This document shows positions 37,524-50,319 of a stretch of DNA of 64,000 nucleotides, one piece after another (the stretch's first letter is position 1; each line of letters opens with the position of its first letter). The stretch spans positions 62,932,001-62,996,000 of the forward strand of contig NC_045696.1 of the NCBI RefSeq assembly GCF_009834535.1, given 5' to 3'. The position numbers and the translations under genes are program-made. The notes beneath the pieces are model-generated. The model did not search any database. It was given only the letters and a program-made list of their open reading frames with translations, and was not told where the DNA came from. This DNA comes from Camelus ferus (Eukaryota).

Positions 37524-38395
37524 AAGTTCCTTGAAATGCCCCTCTTGCTCTGGGCCAGAAGCCTGACATATAAGGGTGGCATCAGAAGTCCTCAAGCTCC
37601 TTACCTTCTGCCAGCAAGAGGAGATCGAGGTGGAAGCATTTATCTCCCTAGTTCTCTCTCACCCTGCTGGGCTATATGATGTATCCACAGCCTTATCAAT
37701 GGCCCTGCCCTACAGCATAGCTCATTTTCAGGGCTCTGGCAATCATTCCTTTGATGCTGCCAGCCCTGGGGTTCTTTAACCTTCCTTAGCCCTGCCCACA
37801 CCTTTGTCTCTGCCCCATTACCCCATCTGAGTGGCCATCTGTTTCCCGGAAGGACACTTACTGGCATACCTGTCCTATGAACAGGTAAGATCTATTGACT
37901 GTTTTAGTAAATGGAAACTTCTAGATTGGGAAGAGTGGGATGGAACTCTTGCTGTAAGGAGTCCTGCTCTGAACCTCCCACAAATGCTACTTTGGGCTTG
38001 GACGTTTGGAAAGTCATGCTGGCGAAGGAAACTGCCAAGGAGCAACTTTCCCAGGCTGGCTCTCGGGAGCTATCTGGAGCACTGCTCTCTACAGAGAATA
38101 GTCATCGCCCCTGTTCCTGCCAATTCCCCAAGTTAGAGGATGACAAATGAGCCCTTCCAGTGCCCCCTGGCACCCTTCCTCCTCTCAAGAGAATTTTTCT
38201 CAAGTATTTTAATCAAGCATTAAGCCACTCGTTAAGCAAATCAGAAAATCGGCTTCCTGAGGACCTTGGTTAGTGAGAGCATAGCCATCCCCCATTTTTG
38301 CTAACAATCATCCACGCAGTCAAGGCCCTCCAGTAGCATCACTCCCACCAGTCTGAGGCTCTATGCAATGCCTTGTACCACTAATAGTAATAATT

Positions 38396-38620
38396 GTTTT
38401 TTTTTCAATTCTTACTTTTATTTACTGAAGTATAGTCGGTTTATACTATTGTGTTAATTTCTGGTGCACAGCATAGTGATTCAGTTATATATAAAGTTAT
38501 TCATATACTTTTTCATGATAGGCCATTACATTGTATTGAATACAGTTCCCTGTGCTATACAGTAGGACCTTGTTGTTTATCTATTTTATATAAAGTAGTT
38601 AATACCTGCAAATCCCGAAC
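38396..38620 (-). mobile_element. Short L1 3' UTR insertion
   Basis: tgaagtatagtc...cagcatagtgattcagttata...cagttccctgtgctatacagtaggaccttgttgtttatc. Confidence 0.9.
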
Positions 38621-39184
38621 TATTGATGAAGATGATGATGATAAATGGCAGAGCGAACTGAGGATCTAAGCCAGGTGTCACCATTGCCTCCAATGGGGCA
38701 GCATTCGGACCTCTGTTGTCAGGTTCATATAAGAAGCTTGGTGATGTAGTCAGGCGTGATAAGGCTGGTATTAGTAGAGGTGATAGCATTTCTCATCCAG
38801 AAGGGTGAAGTTTGGAAGGACATTTATCCTCTCAGCGGTGAGAAGCGTTTTATTTTGGAAACTCCAGAAAAAAACTAACCCCAACACAAGCCAGCCTGCA
38901 AGTCTGGCTGCCATTTTTCTCCGCTGGCCCAGGCACAGGATCAGAGCTGCCCCCTCCCCCTGGGGGAGCTGCCCTTCCTCTCTCAGGGCAGCAGCTGTGA
39001 CTGCAGGCAGACAGAAAGCACTGGCATTCTACATATGAGGCCATCACGTTTGTGAGACACACAGTGGGGGCTTTGGGAGACTGAGGTTTATTTCTGAAGA
39101 GACGATGACAGAATCCAGATAAGGAAGAAAGAGATTTGGTGACAGTTGAAGGGATATTGAGGGATTCATGTTTGCATTCACCTT

Positions 39185-39371
39185 TTAGTTCTTTATTGTG
39201 TGGGGTTCTTTATTCTGTGCATAATAGGATGATTAGCATCACTGACCCCAGCCCACTAAATGCCAAAAGCACCTCCCAGTCATTGCAACCATCAAAATTG
39301 TCCCCCTCCCATTCTGACCACTTGTGAGGTTGGGGTGGAGAAGCAATGTGGCCCCCGGTCAAGAAACACTG
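39185..39371 (+). mobile_element. MER20-like hAT MITE fragment
   Basis: gtgcataataggatgattagcatc...cccactaaatgcca..agcacctcccagtc...aagaaacactg. Confidence 0.65.
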
Positions 39372-39859
39372 AAAGGGAGAGAAAGGGAGAGAGTTAGGGA
39401 AGAAGGGAGATCTCTGTTGGCAATTTCCAAACTTCCAAACATCCAAGGTATATCCACATGGGACAGCCCCCTACCCCTACCCTCCAGAACTCTCACTCCT
39501 CTCTTTGACTCTGTGTGCACATGGCATGGTAACAATGACCCTTAAGTAAAGAAACACACCCTCCCTGCAGACCAGAGAAGGTGAGGCATTGAGGCAGGTG
39601 AGGCAGGATTTGGAACAGGTAGGGAAGTCTTCAGTTTTCCCTGATCAGTATTGCCCAATAGCCTCCACGGTTACGGATGGTGAGGACCGTCTCTCTGAAG
39701 GTGAAGGCCTGGTGGAGTGAAAGTCAGGTCCATCTCAAGTCCTCCTCTCTCAGAAGGCATGGTCTGCAGGGCAGAGGAAAGGAAGGAACTGGCCGCGGGG
39801 TTACAAGCGTCATTAGCTCAGACTTCTTCCTACTGGTCTCTGCCGGGGATGAGCTTCCC

Positions 39860-40120
39860 CTAGGGTCTCCCATGGCTGACTCCTTCTCTTAATTCAGGTC
39901 TTTGCTAAACTACATCTCTCCTCCCTAGCCCAGCACTCTCTATCCCTCATCCTAGTTATTTTTTCTTTAAAAGTACTTGTCAGCATCTTAGGTTATTTAT
40001 TCACTTACATGAGCTTTCATGGATGTAGGTTCACTGGAGCAGTAACTTAGTCTGTCTCATTCACTGTTGTACCCCCAGTACTTGGCATGCAAGAGGTTCT
40101 CAATAAATATTGACTAATCT
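39860..40120 (+). mobile_element. L2 3' end
   Basis: catggctgactccttctc...ttcactgttgtacccccagtacttggca...ctcaataaatattg. Confidence 0.8.
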
Positions 40121-40499
40121 AACAGGATTAGTGTTTAGGTTCCATGCTAAGTAACTTGCATGCATTGTCTCATATAAACCTCGAGGATTCTTTAAGACGA
40201 ATACTATATTACCCCCATGATTTGTAGAAACCAAGATTTGGTGAGGTTAAATAACCTTGGAGAAAAATAATAGTAAAGTCTTGCAAGCTGGGCTATGTTG
40301 TGGTTAATTCTCCCCTGGGGTACCTGAAATCAAACACTTCTCACTGCTGAGAGGGTAAATGTCCTTCCAAGCTCCTCCCTTCTAGATAAGAAATATATGG
40401 TAACCCTACTACAAGGTCACATAGCTATTAGTTAAGTGGTGCAATCAGGGTTTGATTGACTCCAGTGCCCACAGTCTTGTAGGAAAATAAACCGAGATT

Positions 40500-40900
40500 C
40501 AAATTACCTACTTTAAGGGAGGAAATGCTCAGTGCCCCAAGAGAGCTGCGGCTGCAGGCAGGATTATGGGGCTGTAGTAGAGGGGCAATCCTTCCCAGCT
40601 GGAAGCGGGAATGGACCAGAGGAGAGGGCTGCACTAGCTGAGGCTGCAGGATGGGTAGTCTTTAGGTGTGTGGAGATGGAGCAGCGAATGGCGGTGTGAG
40701 CCAGAACGGAAGAGGCATGCTTGGTTCTCCAGGGATTTGGTGGCTCTGGAGTGAAATCCACATGGGAGGGTGGTGAGAGATGGCCCTGGACAGGAAGTTG
40801 AGGGCCAGGCCGTGGAGAGTGGTGGAGACACCAGAGTGAGGGTTTTAGACTTTGTCTTGGGCAGTGGGAGGTCCTCGAGTGACAGTGACAATAAGTAAGA
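40500..40900 (-). mobile_element. L2 LINE fragment
   Basis: gagggttttagactttgtcttgggcagtgggaggtc resembles L2 body. Confidence 0.6.
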
Positions 40901-42746
40901 CAACAGGACCACTCCCCACCAAAGGCCACCAAGGCTTCATTTTCAGCAGGAAGTCTCCGAAGTGAGACCCAGTGAGAAAGACGCAATGCCAGGACTTGCT
41001 GGAGGGAGTCCCTGAAAAGAAGGAGTGCCTGGGAATGTCAGGGGCTGTTTCTTGGACATTTGTGTCCCTGTTCCTAACCGCTTCCGTCAGTGTAGACAGC
41101 AGCGGCAGGCAGGGGCCCGAGAGCTTTCTGGGCTGATTGATTCAAAAATACAAACTGGGATTCAGTCTGACCCTGAACCATGCTTCCAGCCTCACCTCTG
41201 TGTTGCCCTCCCCACAGCAGGCCGGTGCACACCCACCATGGCCTCCCACCCTTGTCCACTCGATGATCTAGTGACCGCCTGCCGCTCTAGGGCGCCTCCC
41301 CCAGTAGCCCCACCCCACCTCCTCTGGGCTCCTGGCTGCAGGCAGATCCCTGTAAGAGCCCAGCACTGTTTCCTTGCTGCCTCCCGCACCCACCCCCCCC
41401 CTGCAATGGCCCTGGTACTTCTGGAGGGCACCTTACCCTCCACAATGTGACCCGTGCCCAGTTCAGTGTCTGGTGCTAAGGGGGTCTGGAAGTGCTGGTT
41501 GGATGAATGAAATTCTTCTCTCAAGGATGCCTTTAAAGTTGCTTTTCTTTCTGTAACCGGGGCAGTGGCTGGAACGGTTGGAATACGGCCTTAGTTTTCC
41601 TTCGATTTTACTCCTCTGCGTGTTGGCGACTCTCTTGCCATTTCTGGTCCTGGGGGACTCCACGTTGTAAATTCCCTCTGAGGTGTGATGCTTTCGGGGC
41701 TGCTGCGCTGTCTCCCATCTGTTCTCCCCATCCTGACCTGATCTCCTCTCCCTTCCTCTCCAGAACATTCCAGGACCACCAAGCACTGGTGAGTCAGACT
41801 TCTGACCATTCTCCCAATGGTCACTTGGCCGAATATGAGAGACACGGCAGCTCCCCTGAACCCCAATTAAACAAGAAAGATTTTCATCTCAGCAACTCCT
41901 CCTTAACGGGAGCCAAACCTCACAACATCACAACACCAGTGGGTCTCCTTGACCTTCAGCCTCCCATGCCCGTCACTTAAGATGAGGGCTTCTGAATCGT
42001 TCAACTAATTTATTACACAGGAAGGGAGTTGGCATTAAGGGGTCTTCACTGAGTAGCCTTTTCAAATGATGAGATCACTTTTTGTTTTTGTCTTAATCCA
42101 ACTACAAACTCTTGGGCTTAAAACCCTATATTTAGCATGCTCTTGCAAGCTCCCTAGTCAATTTCAAAACAACATGGCAGTTACTCTGTTGGCTGTGAGC
42201 AAGCTCACTTAGATTGAGGCTGGGCCACCTTAGCTGTGGCCCTGAGGGTTCTGGGAGTCCCTTTGGGCCCTAACTGAGGGTTTGGTCTTGGGCTGGGTGC
42301 TGGGAGCATGGCGGAGGCTGAAGAAGCCAGCATAACTCAGATGTCTCCTTGTCTCCTGAGGGCCCCCTGACATCCACTCTGTCACAATTTGACTTGGGTC
42401 CCCCACAGAGTGAGACTTGGGTTACCTGCCTCAGGATCTCAGCCAGAGCCCCATTTGGAAGCCCAGGAGATATGAACAAGTCGTACCGTAGACATTCACC
42501 AACATACCATGATTTGAACCTACTCACTCCACACAGAGATGAGCCCTAAAAACTCCTTTCCTACAGAACAGCCCAGACAACCCATTCTGGCCTCAAAAGC
42601 CCCAACCCACCTTTCCACCTCCCATCTCCTGGGACTCACCTCATAGATTTGTTTCTGTCACACAGAACAAGCAAAAATTTCCTAGTGTTCTCTAAGCCTT
42701 TCCATCTCCACGCCTTCACTTCTGCTCTTTTCTCTGCCAACAATGC

Positions 42747-43358
42747 CATACCAGTTATCTTCCTTTTTTTTTTTTAATGAAGGTACTAGGGATTGAACCC
42801 AGGACCTCATGCATGCTAAGCATGTGCTCTACCATTGAGCTCTACCCATCCCCCTCCAGTTATCTACTAACATAACAATTTTACCACAAACTTAGGGGCT
42901 TAAAATAATACACATTTAATATCTCATCACTTCTTGGTCTCATCTCAAGATTCAATGGGAGAAGGATCCACTTCCCAGTTTACATGGTTGTTAGTAGGAT
43001 TCAGGCCTTTGCAGGTGGTTGGACCAAGCCCCTCAGCTTCTTGCTGGCTGTCAGTCAAAGGTTGCCCTCATTCCTAGCTGGCTATTGGCCAGAACCTGCA
43101 CTAGGTTCCTTGCCATATGGGCTTCCCCAAAAGAGCTGCTTGCTTCTTCCAAGCCAGCAAGGGAGAGGGTCTTCTAGCAAGACGAGCATTCCAATCTCAT
43201 GTCATGTAATTGTGGAAGTGACCTCAGTTGTCTTTGTGTATTCTAGTGGTTAAGAAGCAAGTCACAAGTCCTGCCCACACTCAAGGGAGGGGTTTGCACG
43301 AGCATGAACGTCAGGAGGAGGGCATCACGGGGCCACCTCAGCATCCATCTGCCACACA
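42747..43358 (-). mobile_element. MaLR LTR (MLT1F-like) with a SINE near its end
   Basis: ttaccacaaacttag..gcttaaaataa...gaagcaagtcacaagtcctgcccacactcaaggg...ggggccacct...ccacaca. Confidence 0.85.
42764..42855 (-). mobile_element. Camelid tRNA-derived SINE (Vic-1-like, short form)
   Basis: gggattgaacccaggacctc..gcatgctaagcatgtgctctaccattgagct; poly(A) tail; TSD ccagttatct at 42751-42760 and 42856-42865. Confidence 0.9.
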
Positions 43359-43544
43359 TGCCCTTCTCCCAATCTCCCTATCACTCTGAGTCTGAAGAGA
43401 ATTTCATGAAACTTCCTTTAACCATCCCAACCAGAATTTTCTCTCTTTTCTGAGTGCCCACACAGCTTTGCTTGAATTGTACTTTGGTATTTCATTCAGG
43501 CATTTAACAAATACATTTTGGGTATCGACTATATGCCTAGTGCT

Positions 43545-43750
43545 AGAGGTAGTGTGGTTAAGGCTTCAAGTTCTGGAATCAGAGGCTCTCAGTCCAAAGC
43601 CTGTATCCACTGCTTCATGCTGGGCCTCAGTTTACTCACCTGTGAATAATCTTAGCAGACGCGTAGAGTTAGGAGTCAGGTTGAAATCACCATGTCAGAA
43701 GCTTACGTGGAACTGGACTCATAGTAAGAAATCAGTAATAATTAAACCTT
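43545..43750 (+). mobile_element. MIR SINE
   Basis: gtgtggttaag...tctggaatcaga...ctgggcctcagtttactcacctgtgaa...catagtaag. Confidence 0.75.
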
Positions 43751-44766
43751 CTTTTAGGTGCTATAAGTGATTCCATAGGATGTTGTCCTGCCTTATCTGA
43801 GCCCACGTAGCCTGACTTTTTCATGAGCGTGTATGTGTGTGCCTTACCTCCAGCAGGCTGTCTATGACTTCCCTGAGGACAGACCCCAGTATCAGTCCCA
43901 CCTGTCACCTCAACTGCACTTAGCACAGGGTCTGGAACCCTCGAGGCTTCAGTGACTGGGGATGGGCGTCAGTGGTCTCTAACCAATGCCCATGGTTAGT
44001 GCATCATCGTCATCACAGCCAGTGTGACGCCAGTCCTCACTTTCCACAGTGTACCTGCATCTCCGGTCTGCCAGCCTCCCCGTCTGCAACGTGTAGCGTA
44101 TCCAGATTCAGAATTATGAGACTGATGAGAAGTTACCACAGGCTGAGTGTTCCGCCTCCCTCCGCCCCTGCTAGCTGTGTGGCAAATGCAGGTGGCCAGA
44201 GCGTCTTGTGGCTGAATTTCTCAGCAGAACAGGGAGCTGGGGCTGGGAGCAGGTGGGCAGATGTGAAGGGTGGTGGCTGAGAGGCAAGAAGAGCCACGCC
44301 TCTGAAAACACACGGTGGACGTTGGCCTTTCATTTTTTTTTTTTTTTTTTTTTTTTTTGCAGGCCCAGAATCTAACCTCTCCTTTCCTGTTTTGCAAGAA
44401 CCCTCATTATGTGGGTCTTCCTGGGAGGCAGGGCCCTGGCTCACACAGAGAAAGCTCAAGGCCCAGCCTTCCCGTTCCACATCCTGGCCTTCAGGGCCTG
44501 GACACTGGGGCAGACTTTGCCTTTGGGCTGCCAGCTCAGATTAGTTCAGAACAACCCTGGTTACATCAGGTTATCTCAGGAGTCCTAGACGGATAAAGAG
44601 ACCAACCCAGCAAGCATATCTCCACCCCATTTCAAGCCTCTGAAATGTCTGTCCGTCCTGGGGCCATGAAGGATGCGGTTCAGAGCAGAATCAAAGCAGG
44701 TGTGTCCTTTGCAGCGAGCTGGCCGGCCTTTCCTCAGCTCATGCTTTGATTCTCAGTCTCCTCTAT

Positions 44767-44790
44767 TTTTTTTTCTTTTTTCTTTCTTTC

Positions 44791-44824
<34 letters not shown>

Positions 44825-44865
44825 CTTTCTCTTTTTCTTTCTTTCTTTCTTTTTTTTTTTTTTTT
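44767..44865. repeat. T-rich (TTTC/TTTTC)n tract
   Basis: About 100 nt of pure pyrimidine. Confidence 0.95.
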
Positions 44866-45164
44866 GCAGGGCAGTTGAGGGAGAGAAGAAAACAATTAAC
44901 TGCTGCATTTACTGTCTGGGCCCACACCCAGCTCGTCAGGGCTGTGTTCACAGCCTTCCCGTGCCAAGTGTGTCACCAGGGCCTAACTGCAACCTCCAAG
45001 ACAGGGAGTGGGGCAGGGAAACTGGGCCATAAGAAAGTCAGAAAAGCAATTAAAAAAAAAGAAGTGCCAACTTATAACAACTAAGATTCTCAAACTGGAA
45101 AGAACTCTGGAAATAGAATCAAAGAGCTGGCATCCAGCTCAAGAGTTGTCTGGTCAAAAACCCC

Positions 45165-45694
45165 TGCTACGGCAGACTGTGTCCATGGCCTGCCCAGCGA
45201 CACCCCCTTCTTCCTTGCTGACAGCACCCCAATTTTGTTCAGGTACTGAGTGCCCAGGTGTTTCATGGGTATTCCCCACACTCATTGACCAATTTAAGCT
45301 AATGAAGCTAATCCCTCTCTCTTTGCTGGTGACTGGAGGAGGCACACCAATGCGACTCCACTCTGGCCAGTGAGGTATAAAAGGAAGCCTGTGAGGGCTT
45401 CTGGGAATATTTCCTTCATTTGTAAAAAGAAACTCAGTACCTGCTCCTTCCTGTATTTGGGGGGGTGTGTATGAGGAGATGGTACTCCCAACTGTGGCTG
45501 GACCATGAGGGGAAACTCCAGAGTACCCCAGAGACGCTGTCCCAGAGCCCTGACATCCTTGATGTGCTACGTCATCTACCCAATTTTATTAGGTAACAGG
45601 ACTTCTTATTACGATAGATAACAAATTCATTACTGTTAAAGCAACGTTTAGTCTGTGGTTCTGTCAGTTGCAGCCTTAAGCCTCCTAACTGACA
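45165..45694 (+). mobile_element. MaLR LTR (MLT1K-like)
   Basis: cttcttccttgctgacagcacccc...ctggccagtgagg...gcttctgggaa...gttgcagcc..aagcctcctaactgaca. Confidence 0.8.
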
Positions 45695-46329
45695 AGCTTG
45701 CCCACACTCCCTTCACGGGTCTCTGCCAGAACACCTCCAGGAACCGAGCGCTCACTCCCTTCCTCCCTCAAGCAGAGACTGGTTATTAGGATGTCCTCGC
45801 TGATAACAGTCAGATCCTGGGAACTAAGCCCATGATGGAGGCCGATTTCTTCCCCCTGGAATCAGAAAGAACAAGTCATCATCCTCTTTCCCAAGACTTC
45901 TCTGTAGGCCTTAGAGGACAGCTTCCATGTGTATCTGTGTCTTGGTTTTTGCCATCTTTTCAGCTCACTGAGAGCCACTTTGCCCAAGGCTGGCTCGAAT
46001 TCCTAAATCCGCCATCTTACTGATGAGAAAACCAAGGCTGAGAGAGGGGACAGGCCCTGCTAAAAGTCACCAGGCAGGCAGAGCCTCTCAGTAATGGTAG
46101 GTAGATGGTGATAATGCCGTGGGAATGGTACCGCAATAAGAGTTATCCATCATTTGTAACTGGGGAGGGATCAAGCAGCCTCATGGAAGGAGGGAGTATT
46201 TGAGCTTGACCTTAAACTCTAAGCAGTACTTTTAAAAAAAGAAGAGAAAGAGAGAGAAGAATCCAAAAGTAAATCCAACAATGACTTCCACAACAATGTC
46301 AACATTGCCTCCTTGAGTAATTTTCCTGG

Positions 46330-46710
46330 CAGAGAGCTAAGCACCTTGTTAGACAGCCCATCCCTTCTAACTCTTAAAAATTTCTTTCTTAAGCCAAACT
46401 GAGCCTGCTTCTGTGTGTCTCGACCATTGGTCCTAATTCTGCCTTCCAGGCCTTTAGAGAACAGGGCAACTGCCTCACCCCCACAGCATACCTTTGTCGT
46501 GGGGCAGGTCCCAGACTTTCCACTTCCCCAGGCTGAATACCCCAGTTCTTCCGGTCATTTGCCACAGGACGTTGCTTCAGAGTGCTCATCATTAACCTTG
46601 AGACAGGCCCTAATTTGTTGATGTTCCTTAAAAGTGGTTGCCCAGAACCGAGCATAACACTCCGGGGTGGTCTGCCAATGAGAACCGAAGCCATGGCACC
46701 CACTCAGCTT
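46330..46710 (-). mobile_element. L3/CR1 LINE reverse-transcriptase 3' relic
   Basis: ccattggtcctaattctgcc, ccaggctgaataccccagttcttc and cttaaaagtggttgcccagaac..cataacactcc correspond to CR1 ORF2 motifs (RPHLEYCVQFW...LKELG.FSL), now frameshifted. Confidence 0.75.
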
Positions 46711-46789
46711 ACGGTCTCTATTAATCATTCTACTATCTTCATCAACATAACTTTATGAGCCATTTCAGAAAACTCGTCATTAACCATTC

Positions 46790-47198
46790 TAGAAACCTCT
46801 TTCCCAGCAAGATAAAAGTTGCAGATAATTTATTGTTCATGGCAAGAGCTTCCTGAAACACTTACCAACTCATTAATAGAAAGCAACAAATGACAATTTC
46901 CACCTTTCTGAACCCCTTGCCTCAAAGTCTTTGCCTTGCTGTGACCATCAGTCCTAAACGAGTATGTCACAAGCCTTACCCAGTCCTAATCAGGCGCTGC
47001 CTTTCCCCTGCAGTTGTAAGACTCATCTTAAACAAGATTTAGAAATCCCAGTAAGTATCTTGACTTTGTCCGACTTCCTCCAGGACACTCCTAAGACCCT
47101 GTTGAAGTAGAACCCTCCCTCACTGCAGTAGGAATAAACTCAGTGTTTTCTCATCAGCAGGTTGCTTCGGTGGTATCTTGGGGAGCCAGCATTCTACA
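46790..47198 (+). mobile_element. ERV1 LTR (MER67-like)
   Basis: 3' end aataaactcag...atcagcaggttg...ggtggtatcttggggagccagcattctaca; 5' boundary uncertain. Confidence 0.6.
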
Positions 47199-49037
47199 CC
47201 AGCAACCAATGGGAAAAGAAGGACCCTCGCCTCCCTGACCGATCCTAGCTCACTGGGGACCATCCCCTTCCAGTCCTCTGGCCTCCCAAGTCCCCTCAGC
47301 ACGGACTGTGAGGAAGCTCCTCCCCTCAGGATTTCCAAAGGGCTCTGGGCCGTCTCTTCCCAGGCTCTCCCCTTGCAGCTTGGGGGTTTTTCTGGAGCTT
47401 GAGAAAGGAGAAGCCATTAAATTGCCTGATATGCCCCTCTAGTCACCCATCCCCCACTCCCCACCCTCATTTCACTCAATTGCCTTCTCTCTCTCTCCCA
47501 AGACACAGAAAAAAGGATATAGAAATATCAGTAGACATATAGACAGGGAGAGAGTGCTTTTTAGTCCCGGGGGCCTCCTTTATCATGTTCTCTTAGCATT
47601 TTCTCACTCCGTTCTGAGCTTTCACAAGCCTACCCCAGAATGGTCACACTCAGGTTTTTAGCACACTCCTAACTGCCTTTTATTTTTCTTGGGGAACTTT
47701 CAGGCCACACTTTTTGTAGCAGCCCACATTCCTTTGGATTAGCTATGGAACAATTGCTATATAAATAAATGAATCTGGGAAATGAACTCCAAAGGCATCC
47801 TGCCTGATGTATGACCTTGAGCTGGGTGACCTTGGGCAAGTGCCTCACCTTCTGCCCACCCCCCACCTCCCGACAAGGAGGGGGCTGGGCTAGATGATCT
47901 TCAAGGGCCCTCTGGCCCCTTGAGATCCTGCAGTTCTGATTCCATGCCTAAGGGAGAAGGCATTGGAAGGAAAATGTGCCTTTTGTTCTTAATTATAAAA
48001 ACAAAACATACTTGCAGAACAAAAGCATGCAAAACCTAAAAGGTCGGTGATTCCTTCCTTCTCCCCTCAGTCCTCCTGGAGTGAGTCTTTTGGGGGCAGT
48101 TTTTTATTTGCCAGGCACACTCAATGCATGCTTTTTGATGTTGACCTCAGTGCCCCCAATTTGCTAGGATAACGAAGGACTGTTCTGAGAGGAAACAGTG
48201 TCTATTCTTATAGTTTCTCTTTTTCCTGGAGGAAAATTGCAGAATTTTTTGTGTTAAGAGTTGCGCAGCGCTGCTACCTGGGACCTCACCAATGTCTTTG
48301 TCAGAAAATAGGACACAGAATCCTGGCCTTAACCCAAGACTTGGATTTGCAGGGACTGAGACTTCAGGAGAATCAGTGACCAGGGTGCTGACTGTCCCTC
48401 AGTAGCCGTGGCTGGACAGTCAAGCCCAGAGCCTAAGACAGTAATACTGACCTCAACACCTTGCTCTTCCCACAAAACATGAACATGACCTTCTTGTGTG
48501 TTTAAATTTTTAATCACTGGCGTTGCACTCTGTAGCAGAGAACTTGGATAACGCAAATTGCTGGAGCATAACGCAGAGATATGCTTTGTTATCCTCCATT
48601 CTGGGGAAGCAGCCCATCAGAGAGAGAAGGACCAAGGGCACAGGCTACTGAAGTTCTCAGTCACAAGCTTAACTCCTTAGCTCACTGCTGGCCTCAAGGA
48701 AGGTCAGATCCGAGGCAGGAGGAGTAAACGGGACCCAGCATGGCCACAGGAGGGAAATTGCGACAAGGCCATGCAGATGTGGGTGTGAGGTGTGGCTTGG
48801 TGATGAGGAAGGGGCAGGTGCTGGGAGAGGCATGCAAGGGAGCGGGAGTAACTGGACTAACTGGAGGAGGGCTGGGCCGCAGGACACTGCGGGCTGAATT
48901 TGGCCCATGACAGAGCCACATCACACCACCAGGCCTGGGCCTTGGTCCCTGAAGGACCTGGGGAAGCTCACTGGAGGTTACAGAAGTGGAGGGCAAAAAA
49001 GCACAGGATGTTAAGACACTTGCGATAATACTGCTCA

Positions 49038-49520
49038 CCCATTCATTCATCCATTCACTCTACAAATGTTTACTGAGCCTTTTCTACATACAAGGCACTA
49101 TACTAGGCTCTGGGAGTATCATGGTAACTGAGAGATATGTGGTTCTTGTTCTTATAAAGTCTTCGGTTTAGTGAAGGAAGCAGACATTGAGTTAATTTCA
49201 AGGTGTGGTCAGGCAGAGGGGTAGGACTAGAGGGGGTGGGTATGGACAGGGTCAGAGAGTGACCCGCATTGCAAGTGAGAGGGTAGAGGGAGCAGGTGTC
49301 TGCAAAGAACTAACTCACGTGGGATGGGGTTGAGGAATGTTAGCCTGATCCTGGGGAGAGATGATGGCCGCAGGGTAGGAGTGGTAGCTTCTAGGAGAGT
49401 CTGGCCTCTACATCTAGCTGGGTTGGTGCTGGATTGGACGTGTAGGGAGTGGAGAGTGGGGAGTCGTGGATGACCTCTGGGTTTATGGCTTGGGGGACTG
49501 GGTGAGGTTGGGGTAGGATT
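49038..49520 (-). mobile_element. L2 3' end and body fragments
   Basis: cattcattcatccattc...aaatgtttactgagc...aggcactatactagg. Confidence 0.8.
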
Positions 49521-50319
49521 GGGGAGCAGGGGCCAGGGAGATGCCTCACACAGTCTCTTCAGCTCCAGATCACACAATCATGTGACCTCTGATTCCAAGA
49601 TGGAGATCAGAGGCTTTTTGGAATGAGAGTGCTTCCTCTCTACAAAGCTACTAGGAAGGAGTTAGTAAATTTCCTGCGCTTCCAGAGCATTAATTCATTC
49701 TCCATGTTCTCTTCTCAACAATGATTTGAGATTAATTAGGAACTGGAATTTGGAAGGGGAGACTCAGGAGCACTTCCTTAAAAGGGAGTTGGGTGAAGTC
49801 CATGGGAAGCCAGGTCTCCAGGAGCGACAGGGAGTGGGCCAGTGCAAAGCATCTCAACAACCCTGTGGGAAAATCCATTCTTCCCATGACCTCACCTGGC
49901 AATGGCTGTTCTATACACTCAGTTTCCTCATCTGCCAAATGGAGGCAGTCATCTCACAGGATTGCGGAGAGAAATAAATCAGACAAGTCCTGTCATAGCC
50001 CCAAGCACCACCCTAAAGGGCAGCTGGTACTTGGTCAATATTAGCTTCCATCCTTCACCCTCGGCCTCAACCAGCCCCTGTGGGACAGGGGATATTATCG
50101 ACTGCCCTGGCTCACCATGCGGAGTGAAGCAAGTATGTTAAAGCCCTTGACGATCTGCACAGTATTATGCAAACACAGGTGTAATTACCATCAAGATGAT
50201 GGTGACTCATGGTAATAATTATAGTGAAATGTGACCAGGGGGTCAGTAGGCTGGTAAACAGTGGGGATAGATGGGAGTCCCTATGCAGCAAATGTGGGTG
50301 GGAACAGTATGGCTGGATA

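Noticed and set aside
37732..37884. Coding exon between ttttcAG and CAG|GTAAGA
   Set aside because: Stops occur in all three frames and the acceptor is weak.
44673..45084. Phe-rich 'membrane protein' ORFs
   Set aside because: They are translations of the T-rich tract.
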